Shown piece after piece: positions 29,729 to 37,689 of a stretch of 64,000 nt of DNA. A program made the translations under genes and the position numbers. Under the pieces are notes generated by a model. That model worked only from the letters and a program-made list of their open reading frames with translations, was not told where the DNA came from and made no database searches. Origin of the DNA: Nitrospirota bacterium (GTDB lineage Bacteria > Nitrospirota > UBA9217); NCBI GenBank assembly GCA_963790205.1, contig CAWBNQ010000001.1, positions 192,001-256,000 of the forward strand, written 5' to 3'. Numbering within the stretch: the stretch's first letter is position 1; each line of letters opens with the position of its first letter.

Positions 29729-31697
29729 AATCGCGAATTATTGCCTTAATATCGCTCTCCAGGTCAATATCGTAATCCATATTCTCGCTGAACAGTGGAA
29801 TCTCTTGGCTCTCTATAAGTTCAAGCATGCGTTGTTCCTTTTCAGCCAGCCTAAGGTGTATGGTCTCATCTATCGTATTTCTTGCAATGACATAATGATA
29901 ATAGGTCGTAGTATGGGGATCTAGACCAACACGATGAATTCTGTCTTTAGATTGTATGAAATGTGTCGCATTGAAGGTGCGTTCCAAATAGATAGCATTG
30001 TGAGCAGCCTTATGTAAAGAAATCGATTCCGAGACTGCAAATGGATTCGCAATGATTACCTTGAATGGCGAATTAGGCTGGTGAAACTCATGGATGATCT
30101 TCTCGCGTGTTAAAATGCTCTCCATTGGTACATCGTCTCTCTCAACCGGCACTTCCCCAATCAATAGCCTGGATTCGATCCCATGCTGCGTCAAGTAATT
30201 TTGAAGTTCTTTGATATTCTGAATAAAAGTACCCCAAATTATGACCTTCTCGTTCCTAGCGAGCAGGTCAACCACAATATCTTTCACTACTGTAAATTTA
30301 TGGGGAACACTCTCAAGCTCTGAGTAGTGCATGATTTTCTTGATGACCTCTGTGTCGTCTATATACAGCTCATCGCGCAATCCTTGGTCTCGAAAGAAGG
30401 TCTCGAGGGGCTGTCTAAGAAGATTTGGATTTGTAGCGGCTTGCATCAGTCGGATGAACCGTGCTTTTGTGAGCTCGGAATTCAAAGACAGGGACGTGTC
30501 GGTGCTACTGAAGTATGCTAAGTATTTATTTTCAATGAACTCGTAGATTTCACGCTGAACGGGTCCCATTTCTACGTAGGCTGGGGCAAGGTTAACAGCA
30601 GGAGGCAGGTTCAGATGGCTTTTTCTGATTCTTACAAAATAAGGCGAGACATTTTCAATAAGCTGGCTAATACGTGGGTCATATCGGTTGCTTGACATGT
30701 CTTTCAACTGGTATACGGAAAAGTCTACAATCTCCTTCCCCGGCCAGATAAATTCAAAGAGATTATAGATGTCTTCATATCCATTAGGGAGCGGCGTTCC
30801 CGTTAACACAACCCGCGAGCAACAGTATTTCGAAATGCTCAAGGCCGCCTGTGCCCACATACCGCCTTCGACATTTTTTATCCGATGTGCTTCATCAAGA
30901 ACAACCATAACTTTATTTTCAGAACGCTTTAAATAATGGATAAGACCCGAGAGATTGTACGAGAGGCTCTGATAAGACATCAATGTCAATTCGGGTGTAT
31001 CTTCTACCTTTTCAAAGGACAAGAGGTGCCTATCTCTCTCTTCTTTGGGCATTCCACCTGAAAGTCTTATTGCGTTCGGCTCGCGGCCGAAACACAGAGT
31101 AAATTCATCCTCCCAAGGTCCAAATGAGCTTAATGGACCAATCACTAAGAGTTTGTTGACTCTTTTAGGATGTTCATAAGGCAGACTGTTTAGATAGGCG
31201 AAGGCTGCATAAACAATAGACGTCTTGCCCGCTCCTGGAACAGAAAAATTACATGCATTTTGAGAAAAGGCTAAATGGAAAGCTGAAAGAAGTTGTTTAT
31301 CATACAACGTTCGTTTTGGCAACTTACGATCAACCAACTCCTTAAATTCTCTAAACTCTTTTTCGTCTAATTCATTATTCCATATGCCTCTAGCTTTGCG
31401 GCTGAATTGCTTGAAATTCTCCCTCTCCCTATAATAGAAAGTAAGGACTTTCATTATCTGATCAGAATCGGTTTGCTGTATCCCATATTTTTTTAACGAG
31501 TCATGTATTTTTTTTAGTATTTGCTCCTTGTCTTCATTTAAGTAAGGCACAACAATAGTTCCGGCAGTGTTAAAAACCGCCTTGAGATAATCACGAAAGA
31601 AATACTTTGCGCGATAATTCTTTGAGATGATATCAGTGTCACCCGAAAGAATGAAGTTATTCTGCTGCTCATCGATTGAGAGTTCAACAGAGGCCAT
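29703..31697 (-). CDS. SNF2-family (SF2) helicase/ATPase
   Basis: SVPGAGKT (Walker A), LDEAH, LTGTP, RLMQAATNP and QSKDRIHRVG (motif VI). Confidence 0.92.
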   Translation of the reverse strand: MASVELSIDEQQNNFILSGDTDIISKNYRAKYFFRDYLKAVFNTAGTIVVPYLNEDKEQILKKIHDSLKKYGIQQTDSDQIMKVLTFYYRERENFKQFSRKARGIWNNELDEKEFREFKELVDRKLPKRTLYDKQLLSAFHLAFSQNACNFSVPGAGKTSIVYAAFAYLNSLPYEHPKRVNKLLVIGPLSSFGPWEDEFTLCFGREPNAIRLSGGMPKEERDRHLLSFEKVEDTPELTLMSYQSLSYNLSGLIHYLKRSENKVMVVLDEAHRIKNVEGGMWAQAALSISKYCCSRVVLTGTPLPNGYEDIYNLFEFIWPGKEIVDFSVYQLKDMSSNRYDPRISQLIENVSPYFVRIRKSHLNLPPAVNLAPAYVEMGPVQREIYEFIENKYLAYFSSTDTSLSLNSELTKARFIRLMQAATNPNLLRQPLETFFRDQGLRDELYIDDTEVIKKIMHYSELESVPHKFTVVKDIVVDLLARNEKVIIWGTFIQNIKELQNYLTQHGIESRLLIGEVPVERDDVPMESILTREKIIHEFHQPNSPFKVIIANPFAVSESISLHKAAHNAIYLERTFNATHFIQSKDRIHRVGLDPHTTTYYHYVIARNTIDETIHLRLAEKEQRMLELIESQEIPLFSENMDYDIDLESDIKAIIRDYVRRSSQI

Positions 31698-31699
31698 TG

Positions 31700-33049
31700 T
31701 TAATCATCCGATCCGCGCTTAATTGCTTGTTGAAAGTTCCAAACAATAGTATTTATTTCTTTTAAGAGAGAGAGAACATTAGGGTCATCGATGAAAGCTT
31801 TTGAATTGACGTCAATCGATTCTAATGTGCTCTTGGCCCGCTTTAACAAATCCATAGGTTCTTCCTGTTGGTTCTTAAGATCAAGTCTATATCTCGTTTG
31901 TCCAAGATTTTTCTTTAGGTGCACGGAAGTTTCTTTTGCCCAGGCTTCGTCTCTATATTTTAATAATTGGTCTAGCTTTTCATCGGGATTTTGTCGTCGC
32001 AATTTGTCTACTGCCAGCTCTCCATCTTCGAACTTTGCCCGAATAGAATCGATGTTATTGAAATGATTGGTTCTGAATTCTTCCCAAATCTCTTTCGAGC
32101 TAAAAAAACTCCCTCTTTTACTTGTTTGACCTATATACCTATAATCCTTTGAGTCGCCGCTACCCATTATCCCTTCGTCGTCATCATTTTTTTTGGCCTT
32201 GTTGTAGATTGCTCGTATGTAATCGAAATAGATGAGTTTTAGGTCGTTAAGATCGCTGTCGTCATAGTTCCACTGGATCATCTTTGATCGCCGGCCTTTG
32301 TATCTATCCAGATAGCCATCCAGATCAACAAAGGTACCTTCTGTTTTGTTGAGCCTTGTGTAAATTCCAGAGTTCCCTGTTTTCTCTAAATACTCATTCA
32401 TTAATTCCATGATTGATAAATATTCTTTGATAGCTGGCGATTTTTCACCCATCATCTGAGCAATTTCTGCGATTCCTTTTTCGCCAGGATAATATTCGAT
32501 TAGATCTTTGCACTTCAAATACTTCTCTATTGGATCATAATCTACTTTTGCGTCTTCACCCATTTGAAACGTGGTCTCAAGCCTCATTATTTCTGGAGGG
32601 TTCTCATTCAATTCTTCTTCTAATACAACGCCAAGGAAATATACCGGTTGCTCTTTCTTTTTTTCTGCTACCCTTGATAGCAGCAGCGCTCGCCTATTAC
32701 CATCAATTATCACACCATCCTTCGTAACTATGCCATACTTAAGCTGGCCCTGATTCAGCAAACTTTCGAAAGTGTTTTTATTACTTTCTTTGCTTGCCTC
32801 CTCAAGGAACTGCTCAATAATTAATTTATCGTCGTTATTCGTTGGGTCAAGTGTCTTGCCCTCTTGCTTCTCATACGATTTGACACGACTTGCAATTCGT
32901 CCGTTTAAGGAGTTGTAAATCAGATAGTCAAGATTTATCTCGTAAACCGGCATTTTTTGTCGCTTGCCTTTGTAATAGACTTCCATTGAACCATAGGGTT
33001 CTTTCTTTAGTAACTGGACAAAATAATCTATCCGCTGTGCTTTGTTCAT
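31700..33049 (-). CDS. ParB/Srx-like N-terminal domain protein with long helical C-terminus
   Basis: YN..NGRI, GQLKYGIV and GVIIDGNRR (GxxR-type ParB motif); HTH-like EIAQMMG segment. Confidence 0.7.
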   Translation of the reverse strand: MNKAQRIDYFVQLLKKEPYGSMEVYYKGKRQKMPVYEINLDYLIYNSLNGRIASRVKSYEKQEGKTLDPTNNDDKLIIEQFLEEASKESNKNTFESLLNQGQLKYGIVTKDGVIIDGNRRALLLSRVAEKKKEQPVYFLGVVLEEELNENPPEIMRLETTFQMGEDAKVDYDPIEKYLKCKDLIEYYPGEKGIAEIAQMMGEKSPAIKEYLSIMELMNEYLEKTGNSGIYTRLNKTEGTFVDLDGYLDRYKGRRSKMIQWNYDDSDLNDLKLIYFDYIRAIYNKAKKNDDDEGIMGSGDSKDYRYIGQTSKRGSFFSSKEIWEEFRTNHFNNIDSIRAKFEDGELAVDKLRRQNPDEKLDQLLKYRDEAWAKETSVHLKKNLGQTRYRLDLKNQQEEPMDLLKRAKSTLESIDVNSKAFIDDPNVLSLLKEINTIVWNFQQAIKRGSDD

Positions 33050-34761
33050 TTTTTCTCTCCATTCGCTATTGAACTTATTTTGTTAATTGCGTATAGAGCC
33101 ATAACTTGCTTTTTAGGCATTGATTTCTTCTTGAACAATCTCAGCTCGTTTTGGTCAAAGTTCGACTCTTCCGTTACGAGCGCATCAATGATCTGTGCGA
33201 TCCAATGGACCAGCTCAACAGGTTCAATATACTTCCCACTGTTACGCTGAACCTCAAACATCTCCTGAAGTAATTCGGATTTCGCAACCTTTTCAGAAAA
33301 GCCATTATTTATTACATTTATGAATCTTGGGCCTTCTTCGAACTTCAAGATGAGTGGTTTCAGCTTCTTGTAATATCCGTCCAAAAAAGCCCTAATAAAG
33401 AACCCTTCACCTGTTCCGTGCTGCACTGAGGTCTTCCACTTCCCTCTATTTTTGCTATTTCGTCTAATGTCGTAGTTAGATAATGTTACAGTAAAATTTC
33501 CATGCTTGAATGGATGCCTTCTAAACCTCGACCCCTTCTTTCTTCTTGGTGGGTTATCAAAGCGCTTTTGCTCGAACGTGTTCAGGTTGGGTACCTCATC
33601 TAGTGGGCCAACTGTGTTCTTAACTAGAGGATCGGTGATCTTTTCAAATCCATACACCTCTCTAACCGCTCTAGCAAATGCCCTGCTAACAGGAGGACAA
33701 ACAGCATTACCGACTATCATCCATTTATTCCCCTCTGAACCGATGAACTGAAACGTAATAGGAAATCCCATCAAAGTAGCTGCCTCTCTAATCGTTGGAG
33801 TGCGGTACTCGCCATCGCCTTTTCTCTCATACTCTGAGGGGAAAATAATTGCTTCACGGGAGTTTCCAATCTTTGTCGCGGTAATAGTCCTGCTTGGTCG
33901 ATCTTCCCTTTCAGGGAATGACATTAGCCCCATGTATGGATGATTAGTCTTTAAAAATTTTGATCCTTTCCAGTCACAAGCATATAACCCCGTGTCGTAA
34001 AATTGGTCGATTAATTCAGTTTGTTTGATCCTGATGCTTGGATACAATGGATCGCTGACGTATTCTTCTGATTTCTTTGCGTTTGGCCTCGGTAATTGTT
34101 GCCGCACATGTCCTAGCGTTATATGGGTCGGCAAAGCAGCGTCATCCTGTGGCGTGCGGTGTGTTCTTTCAGGGCACACATGCTTTTTCTTTTTAATTAT
34201 CTCGCCTGTAAAAACCCTCTTTCTCGACTGAGGTACTCCAAAATCTGCTGAGTTAATTATTGACCGATTTTCTTCAAGGGAAATCGCAATATCTTTAGGT
34301 TCGAAACCATGTTCCAACGCCCACTTCTTCAACCCTAGTTGATCAAATCTATACTGTTTGGGAAGATGGACCATCGAGTTACTTACATTTTCCATGAACC
34401 AAGCCTTAAGCTTGGAATGCGATTTATGCTTTTTTAAGGCAACGACTTTGAGAAATATCTTTGTAAGTTTGAGACCTTTCGATTTATCAGCCTTTCCCGA
34501 CTTGTTGGAACTCGAAAAGCTCACGCAAGGTGGACTTCCGATTATCACGTCCGTATCAGGCAGCTCTTCAATTCGCTTAATAGAGGTTTCAAACTCAAGG
34601 ACATTACGGGGCTTGCATTCAAGCCCAAAATTGAAATTGAAGCTGTCGATTGCAGGCTTCCAACTGTCAATTCCGCAAACTATCTCGAATCCTTGTTGTC
34701 TGAATCCCTCCGAGAATCCGCCTGCGCCACAAAAGAGATCCATTACAGTGAGCTTGCTCAT
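33046..34761 (-). CDS. DNA (cytosine-5)-methyltransferase with C-terminal extension
   Basis: Motifs I DLFCGAGG, IV GSPPC, VI ENV, VIII QSRKR, IX REAATLMGFP, X GNAVCP. Confidence 0.95.
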   Translation of the reverse strand: MSKLTVMDLFCGAGGFSEGFRQQGFEIVCGIDSWKPAIDSFNFNFGLECKPRNVLEFETSIKRIEELPDTDVIIGSPPCVSFSSSNKSGKADKSKGLKLTKIFLKVVALKKHKSHSKLKAWFMENVSNSMVHLPKQYRFDQLGLKKWALEHGFEPKDIAISLEENRSIINSADFGVPQSRKRVFTGEIIKKKKHVCPERTHRTPQDDAALPTHITLGHVRQQLPRPNAKKSEEYVSDPLYPSIRIKQTELIDQFYDTGLYACDWKGSKFLKTNHPYMGLMSFPEREDRPSRTITATKIGNSREAIIFPSEYERKGDGEYRTPTIREAATLMGFPITFQFIGSEGNKWMIVGNAVCPPVSRAFARAVREVYGFEKITDPLVKNTVGPLDEVPNLNTFEQKRFDNPPRRKKGSRFRRHPFKHGNFTVTLSNYDIRRNSKNRGKWKTSVQHGTGEGFFIRAFLDGYYKKLKPLILKFEEGPRFINVINNGFSEKVAKSELLQEMFEVQRNSGKYIEPVELVHWIAQIIDALVTEESNFDQNELRLFKKKSMPKKQVMALYAINKISSIANGEKK

Positions 34762-35249
34762 TTACTCCTCTTTTGATTGACCGAAAGTAATTCTTCAACC
34801 CGCGTGACCGACCGCTGCATGTTCTTTTTCAGTTGGCACTCCCATATTGTCAGCACTTTCCAACCTGCTCGCCTCAACTGCAAAACCTTTATCTTATCAC
34901 GACTGACATTCTTTCTGAACTTCTGTTTCCAGAAGGCACTATGCGACTTTGGAAGATTAGGTCGACAATAAGGGCAGCTGTGCCAGAAGCATCCGTTCAT
35001 GAAAACTGCGATCTTTCTGGATGGGAAAGCAATATCTGGCCTACCAGGTGCCTTTTTCCAATTCACCCTATAGCCCCTAATGCCGTCCTTCCAAAGAGCT
35101 CTCCTTAGTGTTAGTTCCGGTTGTGTATCTCTCCCCTTGTTTGCACTCATGACCCTAGACGTACTTTCCCTGAGAGGCAGGGGGGCACGTCCATCTCTTA
35201 TAAAAAAATCTCGCGAGGGAGAATTCATATCTTTAAACATCGCTTGCAT
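34758..35249 (-). CDS. vsr: Very-short-patch repair endonuclease
   Basis: MSANKGRDTQPE, GRPDI, GCFWH.C, FWKQK...N..RD and GWKVLTIWECQ motifs. Confidence 0.95.
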   Translation of the reverse strand: MQAMFKDMNSPSRDFFIRDGRAPLPLRESTSRVMSANKGRDTQPELTLRRALWKDGIRGYRVNWKKAPGRPDIAFPSRKIAVFMNGCFWHSCPYCRPNLPKSHSAFWKQKFRKNVSRDKIKVLQLRRAGWKVLTIWECQLKKNMQRSVTRVEELLSVNQKRSK

Positions 35250-35474
35250 TCAACTCTTTGAGAGCCTCGCCCCCATGGTGACCTGAAACATGGGGGGGGC
35301 GGGCCTGAAAATTGTCATTTTAATATGCCGAGAACTTCTTTGCCAATCCCTTCGCCTTCTCCACCGGATACTTCGCTTCATTCACTGCGATTTTCTTTTC
35401 TACTTCGCTCAACTAATCAATCTTAAACTCGTGACAAAGATATGTGAGGAAAATAAAAATAAAATGAGATAAGC

Positions 35475-35807
35475 TCAAACTCTCCTGAGCCTATAAACTT
35501 GACCCTTTTCGACATGAAGTTGGGTATGATCTCCTTTTTTGATCCCAACTTCTTCCAGCGCATCAACCAGCCTAGCCTTTGTCCTGCCGTTTGCGGCCTT
35601 CCACAGCACTGATGATATCCAGACCTGACCGTGCTTGTTCTCATGGACACCTGATTCGTAACGAGTACTTCCTATTATGATATAGATAGTCTTCTTTTCC
35701 CTATATCTATGCGGCAGCTCACCGGCACTAGCCTTGGCGATAGAAATCTCGCATATATCTTTATTATCGGCATAAAAGCCTTGCCTTGTTATGCTGCCGC
35801 TTATCAC
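35475..35807 (-). CDS. Hypothetical protein
   Basis: GTG start with RBS gagg; co-oriented with island genes. Confidence 0.5.
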   Translation of the reverse strand: MISGSITRQGFYADNKDICEISIAKASAGELPHRYREKKTIYIIIGSTRYESGVHENKHGQVWISSVLWKAANGRTKARLVDALEEVGIKKGDHTQLHVEKGQVYRLRRV

Positions 35808-35837
35808 AGTTAGTTTGTTCCTCTCGATTTTTTAGAA

Positions 35838-36293
35838 CTATCCATAGAGTTTTCTCATATAATTTCGGATTCGCGCTGCATCGCTAGCCAATATCAAATC
35901 GTCAGCCTTTTTAATTTTAATCTGCATCGTATTCGCCAATTTTATAATATATTTATGAAAAAAAGGACTTAGTTCTTGCGTTAACTTTGATAATGTCACA
36001 GTTTGCGGCGTGCTAATTTTATTACCAGCTAAGGGTTGTTTATGAGATCGTCTAGTGATAACTACCTTAATCGCAGTAAAACCGCCTTTATGTAATTTTG
36101 CATGGTTGCTCAAACGGTTTTCAGTAAAGATGTTACCACATATTCTGCATTTATATTTTTTCGCTATCGCCTTTTTGGTATTTTTATTCGTTACCTTCTT
36201 TTCAATCTTCTCGCTCATGTCATTAATATATTCACTTCCATGGCGAGCCATCAGCTGTCTTTTGCTTTCCTTTTCCCAGTTGAGTCGTGTCAT
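35838..36293 (-). CDS. Hypothetical protein with a C2H2-like zinc finger
   Basis: CRIC-x11-HAKLH; RBS ggagg. Confidence 0.55.
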   Translation of the reverse strand: MTRLNWEKESKRQLMARHGSEYINDMSEKIEKKVTNKNTKKAIAKKYKCRICGNIFTENRLSNHAKLHKGGFTAIKVVITRRSHKQPLAGNKISTPQTVTLSKLTQELSPFFHKYIIKLANTMQIKIKKADDLILASDAARIRNYMRKLYG

Positions 36294-36371
36294 AGAGCCT
36301 CCGATTATATAAATCGAATCTCTTTCTTATCCTGCTGACTTAATCGAGCTGTGAAATCGACAGCTCAAGCA

Positions 36372-36650
36372 TTAATCCCGCCCGATGTCCCGGTATCTCG
36401 TAGATCGAATAACGGGTTCAGTGTCAGTCTTTTGAAACCGCCCGATTAAGAAGTACAAGAGAGCGCCGAGAGGCGGGATTATCATAACGAACAAGAACCA
36501 AACGATCTTATCGGCATCTCTTTTAAAGTCGCTTTTTACAATATCGATGATCGTGACCAGCCAGAAGAGAAATAAACTGATGGCCAGCAATATGATCAAA
36601 GCAATGTAACGGCTGCAGCTCTCAATTACGCTTGGATCGATCGTAGGCAT
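36372..36650 (-). CDS. PLDc N-terminal-domain membrane protein
   Basis: W...IDI.KSDF....KIVW......PPLGALLYFLIGR motif. Confidence 0.8.
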   Translation of the reverse strand: MPTIDPSVIESCSRYIALIILLAISLFLFWLVTIIDIVKSDFKRDADKIVWFLFVMIIPPLGALLYFLIGRFQKTDTEPVIRSTRYRDIGRD

Positions 36651-36783
36651 TATCTATGATTCCTTTTTCGACAAAAGTAAGAAGTATGAATTATGATTAC
36701 TGCAATTAAGAAGTAAGAATTAAAAATTATGAAATAAACCTTTTAACTTCATAATTCCTACTTCTTAATTCATCCTTGCCTTC

Positions 36784-37110
36784 CTACGCCGCCGCCTTGT
36801 GCGCTTCCACGCGGAGCTTTACGCGCTCGTTCGTCTGCAGGATCTTGATGATCTCCAGGATATTGTCCGCCCGGGGATTCCCGCGCGGCCCCAGCATGCG
36901 ATGCACGCTCTTGTCCGTCTTCTTGAGCTTCTTCGCGAGCTGCTGGAACGTGATGGTCGCGTTGATGTAGTCGCGCAGCATGGCCTTGCCTGCGTCAAGA
37001 TCGCCGGCGAGCAGTTCGTTCACGGCTTCGGTCAGCATTTGCCTTCTGAATGCCGGATCATTTAATGCTCGGTCCATAATGGTTGTTCTGAATTTACGCG
37101 TTACGGGCAT
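36784..37110 (-). CDS. Addiction-module antidote (HTH) protein, no adjacent toxin
   Basis: DPAFR..ML.EA...LLAGD...GKAMLRDYINATI.F..LA...KSVHRMLGPRGNP motif. Confidence 0.75.
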   Translation of the reverse strand: MPVTRKFRTTIMDRALNDPAFRRQMLTEAVNELLAGDLDAGKAMLRDYINATITFQQLAKKLKKTDKSVHRMLGPRGNPRADNILEIIKILQTNERVKLRVEAHKAAA

Positions 37111-37319
37111 GTTCTTTCCTCACTTGTTTCTTGTTTCACAGACCTCTTGGGGGTCAGACTTGAAAGTTGCCATTTCTTTATAGCGATCACACATTGTGAC
37201 CGACTGCCTTCTTCTTACTTCGCCCCTACTCCTCCCACCTGATCGCCTGCACCGGGCAGGTTAAAAGCCATTGGGGTCACGAAGCCATTGGGGTCACCCA
37301 TTTAAAGGACACTGTCAAT

Positions 37320-37685
37320 GGGAAAAACTATCTTGTGCCGAGAAACGGAACGTTTCTCGGCGAGCCTTTTCGTCATCGTCACCCTTACCTTTGCCGCAGT
37401 TTCTTTAGGTTTCGGCGTCAGTTCTTGACTGCACCAGTCACCCATCAGGATTAAGGTCATCGGGAACGCTTGATCCGTGACCCTTTCCCGCATCGCGGGA
37501 CCAGAAAATCTTCGGCTCCTTGCCGCGTCCAATTGATTTTTCACGTCTCGTGGCTCTAAGCCAACCCGGTTAAGGCTCGCGGCACGGGCAGTAAAGACGC
37601 TGATAACGATATAAAAGGGTGGGACGGATTACCAATCACTTCTCATGGTTTTGCCAACCCTAATTCTGGTTCACCGTCCCAGCCA
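37320..37685 (-). ncRNA. Putative bridge/seek RNA of the IS1111-type element
   Basis: Non-coding region after the transposase stop; contains 8-nt segments identical to the target flank (AGAAGTGA) and the element end (ATGGGTGA) in parallel contexts. Confidence 0.75.
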
Positions 37686-37689
37686 GCCT

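Noticed and set aside
29046..35249. DISARM class II, BREX or a classical type I/III R-M system
   Set aside because: No DUF1998, PLD, PglZ, BrxC, HsdS/HsdR or N6-adenine Mod gene; only the 5mC MTase and a helicase are shared
36372..36650. Phospholipase D nuclease (DrmC-like) belonging to the defence operon
   Set aside because: Only the short membrane PLDc_N segment is present, with no HKD motif
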